Below are positions 37,330-48,769 of a stretch of DNA of 64,000 nt, piece by piece. The notes below the pieces were generated by a model that saw only the letters and a program-made list of their open reading frames with translations, had not been told where the DNA came from and ran no database searches. A program made the translations under genes and the position numbers. Each line of letters begins with the position of its first letter. The first letter of the stretch is position 1. The stretch comes from Camelus dromedarius (lineage: Eukaryota). The stretch lies in contig NC_087437.1 of NCBI RefSeq assembly GCF_036321535.1, positions 55,120,001-55,184,000 of the forward strand. Reading direction: 5' to 3'.

Positions 37330-38310
37330 CCAGGGCGGGGGTAGGGGAGAGCCAGGGGATCCGTGCGGGTCGGTGAGGGTGCGTGCGTGCCGGAGAGCTT
37401 TTAAATGAATCATTTTGTATCGAGCAGGGCAGCACCTGCTCCTCAGCCTCCAAAGGCAGCGCGAGCAACACGATCATTCAAAAGCTGCCGCTTTCCATTC
37501 ACGTCTATAATTAGCGCACGGGCTGCAGCAGCAGCTGGCGTCGCAGGGGGAGGGGCCTCGGGGCGGGTCTAATCCCCTGACCCCGCCCCCTCGCATTCCG
37601 CTCTCCGCCCTCCCCGTCCCCAGTCTCGGGCGGCCCCCACCCCACCCCACCCCCGCCCCGGGTCGGGGACTTGGCTCTCAGCCGCAGGATTCCTTCTCTT
37701 ATTGCCTGGACTCCAGGGCCCTCCGCACCCTCCCTTCGGGGTCGCTCTAGTGCAGTGAAGAAGCACCTTGGGGCTGCGCGTCCAGGAGGGCGGCTCTGTT
37801 TGAGGTGGCATCCCCTTTACCCCGCCCCGCGGCTCCGGCGTCCCGCCCTCCCCGCTCGCGCCCGCTCCTCCTCCTCCCTCCCCGCCGCCCCTCCCAACCA
37901 CCTCTCCCTCTTTGTCGCATTACATAGTAATCTGAGATGCATTGGATGAGCTCCAGGGAACAGAATGTACTTGGCAGAGACGCGGGGCTTGATGTCTGCA
38001 AAATGTCGGAAACGCAGCCAAGAGCTGCTAACTGGGTCATTAACCTCCAAAAGCAAAGCGAGGACTGTAGGCCCGCTCTGCCTCCCTTCATCTCGCCAAT
38101 AAAAGTGCCTCAGTGTGAGGGGAAGAAAGAGCCCAAGGTTGGCTGCTTTGATTTCTAGGCACCAAAGGCAGGCCCGGCCCCTCCTCCTGGCCCGGGCCCT
38201 CCGGCCGCCCCTGCGCGGCGTCTCAGTGTACAAGTGGCCTTTGAAAGGCCGGGCCACCCCGCGGGGCCAAGCTCGCGCCTCTGGAGAGACGTTACCCGGC
38301 AGCCCTTCCC
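37330..38310. promoter_or_regulatory. CpG island with multiple GC boxes (promoter/enhancer-like); no linked coding exon recognised
   Basis: Only sustained CpG-rich kb in a CpG-depleted window; several CCCCGCCCC/GGGCGG boxes; C-rich tracts at 37575-37660 and 37820-37900. Confidence 0.85.
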
Positions 38311-38529
38311 TACCGCACAGCCTCAGGCCCATTTTACTGGGTCCAGGAGGAAAAATGGGAGTGAGGGGGGAAAGGATTAAGGGAGAAGGTTCTAGGTCCA
38401 TCCCAGACCCCACAACTAGAATGAAGGGTTTTGCCATCTCTCCTCTCTGATGCTGCCCATTCTTCCTCCCCTCCTCTCACTCCCCCTTCTCTTCCTCTTC
38501 TCGCTGGTCTCCTTTCTGAGAGCAGGCTG

Positions 38530-38730
38530 TGGGGTGGCTGCCTGGGTGCATGGCCTGGCTCCAGGATACTTGAGCTCTGTCACTTGCTGTGTGACCTTGA
38601 ATGAGTCACCCATTTGTCTGCTTCTTAATTCCCTTATATGTCAATTCTTGGCCATAACACCTTCCTGACTTATCTCACAACATTTGTGAGGCTCAAATAT
38701 GAAAGTCACAAACTGCAAAGCTCTGCCTAG
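38530..38730 (+). mobile_element. MIR SINE
   Basis: GCTCTGTCACTTGCTGTGTGACCTTGAATGAGTCAC...TTGTGAGGCTCAAAT. Confidence 0.7.
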
Positions 38731-39619
38731 TGTCACAGATACGGAGATACTCTCCCTTGACTCCTCTGAAAGCCCCAAGGGCCACACTTCTTCTGGACTC
38801 GACTGTACTCCTGAGAAATAGGAATATAAACAGCCTCACCATGAAGCGTCAAAGGTTTGAATACTCACGAGGGGATAGCCCCTAAAATCCACCCCCTGGA
38901 GCTGTCCGGCCCAGTTGGGTTGCCAAACAGACACTTCCCCCCAATGTCCAAACCCACTTCTCCAGCGGCTGGTTGGAGAGAGAAAGTGCTTGGTACTGAA
39001 ACCAGAAGAGGTCGTGCGGTTCCTCAAATGCTGTCTCCCTCGCTTGTGGGAGGGAAGACAGTTGGCCTGGTGAGAACGGTGGCAGCCTATGCCCTGGGTG
39101 TCTGGACATCTGCATAGTCTTACCCAGAGTCCAAGCCCGGGAAGAGTGATTTATGCAACCCCACCTAGGAAAGGAAGACAGCTCAACCCTGGTGGCGTCC
39201 ACAAAATTAGAACCAAGTCCAAACGGCCATCAGCATTCTTCCTGCCCCATCCCAGCCTGGTCTCACTATGCCCCCCACTGCAGCCACAGCAGACCGACTC
39301 TGCCCCTCACCATGTCCCATAGAGGTCCATGCTGCCCTGCCACTGGGCCTGGCTGAGGCTTCTTTTTAAAAATTGCCTAGAAGACTATTTGACCTCTCAT
39401 TACCACACATTAAAATCCTTTGCATATCTCAAAACTCAGCTCAAATGTGACTCCCCTCTCTAGATGTGATATCTTTCAATTCTTCTTGGGATTTTTTACT
39501 AAATAGTGTAACCAGCCAGCCTTGGGTAATGCCATCTTTGTGCTGATTATGCCCTCCTTATGGAGTGGATATTTCTCTATCGATAGGGACCCTTTATGGT
39601 TGATTTCAACTCTGAAGGT

Positions 39620-39742
39620 TAAGGTGACCATTTATCCTGGTTTGCCTTCCTGCTTTACGCCTGTTGCCCTCGTATGGTTATTAATAGCTCCCTCTTTCAC
39701 CCTGAAGTGCTCTGGTTTGGATCACACATTCTGTCGACCCTC
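39620..39742. mobile_element. hAT-Blackjack MITE (MER94-like)
   Basis: TAAGGTGACCAT..TCCTGGTTTGCC...TTTACGCCTGTTG...TTATTAATAGC.CCC.CTTTCAC...GGTTTGGA...ACCCT; degenerate TIRs. Confidence 0.75.
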
Positions 39743-42579
39743 AAGTTACTGAGGGTCTCTGTCCAAGTCCCTGGCGTGTAAACTTGCGAACTGCCATGAA
39801 GAACATGCACGAGCTGTTTCTGACCTGATTCCCCAGGGCATTTGTTTCTCTTCCTCTTCGCTGGGGAAGAATGACAGAAGGGACCTGGTACCACTTTCTT
39901 TTTGACAAGCCTTTCCAGGATTACAAAATGCTCTAAGCTGACTAGAAGTGGCTTACCCCGGCTCTTCCCATGCCTCTCAGCCCCTAACAGTCGGACAGCT
40001 GTTGGATGTTGGGAATGGGTACCGAAGGCTAGAGAAGGTTACCCGGGCTGTGGGATGAAGCCCTCATTGCCAACCTCAACTGGATTTGTGGTCTCGCCCA
40101 ATTTCTTTAACAGTCCGACTCTTCAGAGTTGCTTTCATTTATGTAGTTAGTTGCCTTAGGAGGTCACAACTTGGAAAACTCAGAGCGGCTTTATTACAAA
40201 ATATGGTGTTAAACATTCTAGGTACAGCTCAGGGGTTAGGAAAGACCTGGTCTCTTGCTTTTTTTGTGTCGGAAGTTTTCTCAAAAGTAAGCCTGTTGGG
40301 CTGTTTGTTGACTTACTTTTGAAGATATCAAGCCTTTGGAAATAACAGCAGGCAAGATGCCTGGCTTTGAGGATGGAGCGCCGGCGTCAGGAAGCCTGGG
40401 TCTTCTTTCTCCTTCTCCTCTGACTCACTGCTTTCTGGAGCATGAATCACACGCCCTTTCTCGGCATTGGGTCTCACTTCCTTCATCTCCCCTTTAAAAT
40501 GGGCGTATTTGCCAGTCCTGCCACACAGGAGGGGGCTCAGGCTTTAAGAGGCCTTGGTAATTAAACAAAAAATATTGAGAATAAAAATGTGCTGTCGGTG
40601 TATTTTGGACTCTCCGAAAAGGCACACAGGGAGGGTATGTGAGGCCGTTTCAGGATGCTGCTTTAGTTTCTGGGAGACCTGGGTTCCCTGGGAACAGCCT
40701 CTCAGAAGCTGGAAACAACGAGCAAGAGAGTCAGTCTCAAGGTGGAGGTGGGAACAAGCCTGGTCTGTCTGGCTGGGAACTGGAGTCCTGTGGGCAGTCA
40801 AGAAGGGGAGCAGAAAGCAAACAGGATTATTCTGCGGAGGGCTTCAGTGCCGGATGGGACACTTGCACTGTCTGCTGAGGGCCATGTGAGATAGGTGGAG
40901 GGGACTGAGCAGGGACATGACACCATCTGCAGTGGACACATCCGTCGAGGGAGGGGCGGACTTGGGAGTTGGCATCCGTCACATCCCAGTTTGGCCTTAA
41001 GCAAATGGTGGCTCCCCTTCATCTGAGCTTCCGTTTCCATCTCTGTAAAATACATGGGCAAAATGGCCCCAAATAGCTTTAACATGCTGTGATGAGATTC
41101 TGCAGCTTGCGTGTGTATGTGTATGTGTGAGGGGAAGAGGAGGTAACTGCTCTCTTAGACACAAAGCCACGTCCGGCAGCCTTTTTCTTCACGGAGGAAG
41201 GCTGAGAAGTCTCAGGGTCTCCAGCAGGTCTGAAGGGCTCCCTGTGTGTCTAGAGCCCAGAGATCTTTCTTCAAGCCCCAACACGGCACATCTGTACTTA
41301 ACGGCCTGGTCAGCAGATTCTGTCTAGACTTGTCTGCTGCCTACTTCCCAGTCCGGCTGAGACAGCTGATACTGGAGAAGACTGTGTTGAGGTTCATGCT
41401 AACCAGCTGTTTCTCAAGATGCTTCAGCTCTCTCCTTATCCTGTATTAGGTTTCCAGGAAGCCTTCTACCACCCAGGACTACATGGCCTGGGGCCTCAGA
41501 ACTCTGCCTTAAAAATACAACTTGACAACATGCCTTTGACATTTACCAAGGTCCACTGTAAGAGTGACATGCAGAAGTTTCTTTATTACAAAAGTGCTAT
41601 CCAGATATCATTTGTTAAGTTATTTAATGGTTCTTATGTAAAGACATACACAGAAAATCCCTCAGTGAACTCATACAGTAAGGAAGAAAATATTAAAAGT
41701 TTGGGTTTTTTTTTTGGGGGGGTCATTTAGGGGTTTGCAATAGTTCCCTTTGGTTCAAGGATAATTGCATTTATGTTTCTGTCTTATAGTTGGGTTTAAA
41801 ATTACTTATGCTTTTTATTGTAAGCTTCCTCTAATGTTTTTCCACCTAGGTTTATTTAAGTAAGTAAGTAAATAAATAAGGGTTCAGTTGGACCCAATTC
41901 ATTGTGTGAAGTGGAGAAATAAGCCCACTTCTGACTGGTGAACTGACAGGAGCCCCCCAGATTTCAGTTGAAGCAAAAAAGCCAAATATCAGAGCGTCAC
42001 GGGTGAAAGCAGCTGTCACTCAAACTTTTTTCTTAGTGCATTTATGTTTGACTTGCAGCTTGTGTGGAAAGATTTGAAGGGTTTGTGATTACCTGTAAGC
42101 AGTACAAGGACCCAATAATAATTGGAAGAAGAAAATCTAAATAGTCTTGGACGGGACATTTAGCCCATAAGGACACCGTAATCCAGGTTGATTCTACCAG
42201 TTACTATGTTTCCTTGAGATCTGCATCTCAGCATTTATTAGATGATGAGGGGGGAACAGCTGAACTTCGAGGTCTCTTCTAGTGCTTATGGTCCATTTGC
42301 CTCAAAGTCAGAGTCCTATGTGAGTTGGTTGATCCATCTCCACAATCCATCTTGGAGTCCATAAACCAACTAAGAAATTGATGCTCTCTCCCTTACCCAT
42401 GGCTCCGCATCACACCCCCTCTGCTGGTGGCTGAAGGGCATATATGGATGGTCATGGGGATGTGGCTGGACACGTGTGCACACTGAATGATGAACTACTG
42501 AATGAATGAACATCTACCCTCCACCCAACTTGTGTGTATTTCCTAAAAATATCTTAAATGATAATTCTAAGATTCTAGA

Positions 42580-42760
42580 AACCCACAGACTCAGAATATA
42601 AAATGTGAAGTGAATCTGACAGATCGTGTGGCTCAACTTCCTCACTTGATAGAAGAAGAAACTGAGGCTTAAAGAGACTTACCCGAGGGACTTGGCCCAA
42701 GACACAAAGCCAAGAAACCTCGGAGCCAGGGCTGGACCTCAGGTCTGCACTATTCCTCGG
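42580..42760 (-). mobile_element. MIR (MIRb/MIR3-like)
   Basis: CAACTTCCTCACTTGATAGAAGAAGAAACTGAGGCTTAAAGAG..GACTTGGCCCAAG. Confidence 0.7.
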
Positions 42761-43399
42761 CGCTCATTTTTTTCTCCTAGCTGGAGCTCTGTCTCTGGAT
42801 TGCAATGGATAAATCTTTTGCTAGGCGACCTAGTTGCTAAGCTCTGATTGCATCATTCTTGGGCTCGAAAACCTTTGTGGATTTCTGCTACCATTCCTAA
42901 TTGAAGGTTCATTTTGTGTCATTATTTAGGCTCTGTCCATGATATCAGCCACCACTTTTTAAAAATTTAGGCATTCCCTTGTGGATGGTGAGGTAGGGAG
43001 AGGCAGACAGGTGATCTTGCTTAAGCTGCTTGGACTGTCTCTGACACACACTGAGCCTGGTTAACCTTTTCCTGATTTCTCAATTCTCAGCAGCTTTTCT
43101 GTGCAACTGCCTGGATGTCACATTTCCTAACTCATTTCCTATCTCTTAAGGATCAGTTAATTTTTTTTTTAGATGGAAGTCATTTTTTTCTTGATAATGG
43201 AAGAGACGTAGAGCTGGAAAGTGGGGTCTTCAGCAGTTTAACTGGACTATGAGCAGAATTCTATTGGGCAAGGCAAGAAGGATCAATGATCCTTCAGGTC
43301 AGCCCAGAAGGCTCAGAAGATACTACGCCAGCCCTCTGGCGAAGGAGTTTGAGATTGTCCTCCCAGAATTGCCACCACCGTCCTTAATTCTGCTCCTAG

Positions 43400-43416
43400 A
43401 GCGCCCTCTGCTGGAC
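43400..43416 (-). promoter_or_regulatory. Strong CTCF core motif
   Basis: Minus strand GTCCAGCAGAGGGCGCT fully matches CCASYAGRKGGCRS; its CpG is retained in CpG-poor DNA. Confidence 0.65.
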
Positions 43417-45179
43417 TGGAGCAGGACCCAGCAGTCTCAACCATCTTGGAAATGGGGCCAACAGGAACTCTGAAAGGATAAAAAAGGATTGGGGTTTCCT
43501 TGAGAGGTAGGTTCCCCATTCAGGGAAACACTGAGCTGCCCCTATTTAAACACAAGCTCAAAATAAGATGGAGCCATTCCATGAGGTGCTTATGCCTCCC
43601 TATTTCTCATTCCCTCAATTTCAATTTCTTTCTCTTGTCTCATCTTGCTGATTAGTATTTGGGGAAAGAATCTGCTCTGGTAATTCAACCTAAAAGATCA
43701 TCTTGTGGTAGAGAAATGGGATTTAAAGAGGGGAAATGGAGTCTGGTGAAAAGGGCATAAAATTATGAATTCTGCTTTCTTCTTGAGGCCTAATGACCAG
43801 GTTACAAAAAGCAATTTCTTGGAATAACTCAATTTCTAATCTCAGATTGTATTACTCTTTAGGTTAAAAGCTTTCATCAGCCATTTGTTGCTCACTTAAT
43901 TAAGTCAACATTCTTTACCTTACATTCAAGATATATTTATAAATTCATAATGCATTATTTTGTTTGCATTTCATTTATTAAGGTTAATCACATGCTTATT
44001 TTAAGTAAGAACTTTACCTTGATCTAGTTCTTAGGAAATTAAAATGTATTGAAATTTTTAAAAGTATATTTGAATATCAAAGTCATGCATTTCACATTAA
44101 AAACCAAGCTTAGCAAATACTTGATCTGCTTATAATTTTGAACAAGGCAAAAGACCTTGCTTAAATAATTAGCTTTTTAAACAGAAGCAATAATTGATAG
44201 ATTGAATCCTATCTTTAGCATCGAGTTTAGTGCTAACATGTTCTGTAGGAGGGAAACAAGGTGAGGCTTATTTGACATTAAAAAGTTTTGGAGGTTGATC
44301 ATTTTTGAAGTACCACATAGACAAAGGGAGAGGCAGTGACTAGGAATACACTTACTGAATAAACAGAGGCAGTAATGTGGTAAATACTGAAATGATGCCA
44401 AGAAATTGAAGATTAAAGGCGAATGAAACTTTAGAGAGGACTCCACCCTCTTATAATCTGGATGGTGTGATGAGACCTAGAAAGAAAAAATTTCCCAAGA
44501 GTTCATGGGCAGTTATTGGAAGAGCCTGAATTGGAATCTGGGCCATCTCAATCCAGAGGCCTCACCACTCCCCAACACTACCTCCTGACAATGGCATGAA
44601 GGACGCATAGGTAAGAGATCTCAGCGTGAGTTTGGAAACAGCTGCCTAAATCCCAATGAAATTCAAAAGCATTTCCTAACTCAGGCTCTGTCCCATTTCC
44701 CCGTAGGCTTTAGAGGCTGAGAAATGAGGCATTCAGATCTTTTCATCACCCTGACCCTTCACTCTGTTTACACACGGGCTGGCCAGATGTTGGAGAAACA
44801 AAACAAACATTTGCAGCTGTCATGGGTGCGGGGGTAGGGTGGAGCCCACGAGGTTTCCAAGTTTTGATCCAACACATCACATCAGAGCACTTCTGATTTG
44901 TACTGCTGGCCTAGAGTTTACTGCCTTTCACTTCCTCTGCAAAGCCTGAAGTGACAGCCTTCACTTGGTTGTCACTTCAGGCTGAAGCCTGCCCTGAAAG
45001 ATGCCAAGGGTTTCTGGAGCTAACTTCAGCCATTATCACAGTGGTCCAGGTAACCAAGGCAACTCCTGCTCCATCACAACTTCAGGGACCCCACTCTCTC
45101 CTCATCCTCTGCATTCCCTGATGCTGGTTCTGTGGTTCTCCCTGGGCAGACAGAGGCCAGGAGGGACACTGGCTGAGGA

Positions 45180-45420
45180 ACAGTGTATTCTAGTCAGCAG
45201 AACATGGGCTTTGGGGTTATATAAGACCTAATTTTAATCCTGGTCCAGTCACTCACTGGTCATTGATTTTGAGTTAGCTGCCTTAAGTTCAAGCCTTATT
45301 AGTCTTCTTTTCTTTAAAATGGGAATACTGATACTTATTTTTCAAAGGGAACAAATTTAGCAACATAATGCATTTGAAGCTTCTAGTATGCAATAGTGTC
45401 CAATATATCATAGCTATTAT
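45180..45420 (+). mobile_element. MIR SINE, near full length
   Basis: AGAACATGGGCTTTGGGGTT...AATCCTGG..CACTCACT...TTTAAAATGGGAATACTGATACTTA...TAGCTATTATT. Confidence 0.7.
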
Positions 45421-45604
45421 TTCCTACGGGTTTTTCCTTCTTCCTGGAATCTATATGAATGATGTAGCTACTAATTTGTGAGGATCTAGGGACCAGCATT
45501 AGGCCTCTTGTCCTCATGCTCTTTCTTGAGAGCTTAAAGAATGTGATGACTTATTGTTATGATCAGTAATAGTCTCTATGTGTTAAAATTTTTTTCAAGC
45601 ACTC

Positions 45605-46235
45605 ATTTTTTTCCATTATATTGTGGAAAAATTTTAAATCTATAGATGAAATAATTTTATAGCACCCATATACCCACTTCTTAGAGTTTACTGTTAACAT
45701 TTTACCAAACTTGCTTTATCATTTATCCATGCATTTATCCATCTCTCAGTCTACGTTTCAAAAGTTATTTGCTGTAATAGTTTACTGTATTTCAAAGCTA
45801 TTTGCAGACATCAGTACACTTCTTAGATTCTTTGGCATGAGTATCATTGGCTAGAGATCAATATTTGTTGACTTTTTTCTTTTAATAAACATTTATATAC
45901 AATGAAATACACAGCCCTAGTTATAGAGGCATCGAATTTTGACAGCTGAGTACATCTGTATCCTGACGTGCTCTGTTAGGGCATATAGCACATCAACATC
46001 ACCCTGTGAGTTTCTCTCATGTCTCCTCCCAGCCAATCCTTGTCGTCCCCAACTAGGGGGGAACTCTGTTCTGGTTTTTGTCCCCATAGATTAGTTTGAT
46101 CTGCTCTTGCACTTCATATAAATGGATTAATATGGTATGCACTTGTGTGTATAAGTCTTCTTTCACTCAGTACCATGTTTTTGACACTCATTCTTGTTGC
46201 TGGATGTATTGGCAGCTTGTTCATTTCCACTAAAA
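45605..46235 (-). mobile_element. L1M (L1MD/ME-like) 3' UTR fragment
   Basis: GTTAACATTTTACC...TTGCAGACATCAGTACACTTC...CCATAGATTAGTTTG..CTG.TCTTG.ACTTCATATAAATGGA...CTTCTTTCACTCAG. Confidence 0.8.
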
Positions 46236-46843
46236 AGCTATCTGTAGTAAGTGGGTGTGCGTATCTCCTTGAGAATACTGAATTGATGGGTCAAAACCAA
46301 AACCTTGGGCATGTGGACAAAAAGAAAAAACCTGGAAGGATAATCACCAAAATGTGTATTGCCTTTACCTCTGAGATACGCAGTTGGAGCAAGAGGAGGA
46401 AATGGGGAACTTTGTTCTTGAATGCAGACACTTTTATATTGGTTGAAAATTTGACACATATACAGAGATATAAAAATATAGAGAATAAATATAAGTATTT
46501 ACAAATAAAGCAAAACAACTAAACTAAGGTCCTCATGGGATGGGAAGAAGCTGAGGGTCTCGTGCTGTCCTGAGCGGAGGGGCATGTGTCCGAGCTGTCC
46601 CTGTGCTCCCGGGTGAACAGAGCCCAGAAAATGAATAGAGTACTTAGAGAAAAGGTGCATCCGAAGCATAAAATATGGACTGGTTTTGAGGGGAACAAAC
46701 GGTATAAAGCATCACTAAGATGGCTGAAAGAAACAAATCAGGAAGAAGGCTGCTAGAATTAGAACAGCCCACCAAGCAGAGCCATGGGATCCTACAGCCA
46801 TAGGTCTGTCAGAGGCTGTAAGGGATATTTACTGTGACTTCTT

Positions 46844-47066
46844 TGGGAAGGGACAGACTGGGATTTCAAAATTGTAGAATAGATAAACAAGATTATACTG
46901 CATAGCACAGGGAAATATATACAAGATCTTATGGTAGCTCACAGAGAAAAAAATGTGACAATGAATATACATATGTTCATGTAGAACTGAAAAATTGTGC
47001 TCTACACTGGAATTTGACACAACATTGTAAAATGATTATAAATCAATAAAAACTGTTAAAAAAAAA
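46844..47066 (+). mobile_element. Young camelid-type L1 3' end, distinct subfamily, no visible TSD
   Basis: GGGAAGGGACAGACTGGGATTTCAAAATTGTAGAATAGATAAACAAG..ATAGCACAGGGAAATATATACAAGATCTT...GACACAACATTGTAAAATG..AATAAAAA..polyA. Confidence 0.88.
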
Positions 47067-47550
47067 GCACAAAATGAGGCCCTACTTAAGAAAATGACAT
47101 GTAATCTCATTTAATAATCAAACTTTAGAGCTGACACCAAAGCTCTTGGAGATCATCAAAGTTCCCTGAGGACTGGTCCAAGTCTGCGTTTCCTGTGAAC
47201 AGTGCCAAGTACTTAGGGGCTGTTTATGGAAAAAGTGAATCTAATCCTGGACTCCCATTTTACAGATATGGAAACTGGGGCATAAACTGACACTCGCTTA
47301 GAAGAACACGTATCTTTCCCTGAGGATAACAGCCAATAATTACCAGTGTCTGCTGAGACACCGCAATAAGAGATAGATTCAAATTACATTTGCAGGATCT
47401 AGGTTAAATATAAGGAAGACTTTCTTGGAAGAGAGGTTTCTTGTGAAATCTGTTTCTTAGAAATCTTTACGAATATAATAGTCTCTCATTGAAAGAGTTT
47501 AAATGTGACATTACTTACCAGGTTGGAAGATCTCGCATTTTCTCCCAATT

Positions 47551-47584
<34 letters not shown>

Positions 47585-48239
47585 AATCCCAGACTTGGGT
47601 TCCTTCTTGCAAGTCTGACCCCTAGTGGTCATCATTTCTGGGTCATGCCAAAGGGAAGAAGGCCAAGAAAATGAAGACAACCCAGGCTTTATTTTTGGAA
47701 TAGGAAATGAACCTTAGAAATTTCCTAATTGTCAAATTGTCCAATGAATAATTAAACCAAGTGAATAGAAATGATTTCCAACATCTGTGACTTTGTAGTA
47801 AAGTTCGAAGTGGAACCCAGGACCTTTTTACAGTAGGTCCTGTAGTTTCAAGATCCAATTCCTACTTCTTCCAGAGTCTCTTGCCTTTATTGAATCTGGA
47901 AGCTGGACTCTGGCCAGATATTTGGGCTTCAAATATACTATGGTCCTGTTCACTTGCCATTAAAAAGAAGTTATTTTCTTAAGCTAGTGGAGTATAGAAA
48001 AATAATCTATTCTGTTCTGAGCACAGTGTCATGGGCAGATGACCTCAGACAAAGTGCTGCCCAATTTGGGTCTCAATTTATTAAAATAGAGGAAACCTCG
48101 CGATTACTAAGGGCTGGTCCAGAGCAAATGTTTAAGATTTTCAAGCATACATTATATCTTGGCTGAGAGTTTCTCAGAAATGATGGTAATACTACCATTA
48201 CAAAAAACACTCTTCCCTTTTAGAATAGTAATCCCTACT

Positions 48240-48400
48240 CTGGGGTCAGCAGAAGCCTGTAAAATCAGGCTTCACGAGGAGATCAACGAGCTCTCTGAAG
48301 CTGCATGTACGTGTTAATGCATCTGTGCATTTCCTTGGAGGCAAACCTCCTTAGGTTTCATCAGAAGGGTCTAGCACCACCTCAGCATTCATCCCAATCA
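48240..48400. mobile_element. hAT-Charlie-like DNA transposon remnant
   Basis: TGTGCATTTCCTTGGAGG..CC.TAGGTTTCATCAGA resembles non-autonomous Charlie elements. Confidence 0.4.
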
Positions 48401-48769
48401 CTGAGGTAACCTAGGAACGAGGTTTCTGAGAAAGTGAAGGACGCAAGCTCTCACTCTTTTCACAGAGTTAGACTTCGTGTCTCTTTAGCCCGTTGTTGAC
48501 CGAGAGACAGCAGATATACACACTGCTTCTGCATTCAGGGCACAGGAATTCCATTCTCCTTCTCTCCTCCTCTTTTGTGCTGAGGAACGCTCATTAGTAG
48601 AAGTCACGCTGTAACTTAGCTGCAGAAGCCCTCTGTCCGTTTGTAAAGCATTCGGACAGATGCCCGCAGCACACTACTCAGGGCTGTTAGGCTGCTCTTG
48701 GGTGTTCTGGTGCCCGTCTCCTCCCAACAGCTGAGCTGTATGCTTACCAGGGGTCAGTTGATTTTTTTT

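Noticed and set aside
37817..38437. Longest ORF (206 aa, minus strand)
   Set aside because: R/G/A/P-rich stop-poor by-product of CpG-island composition
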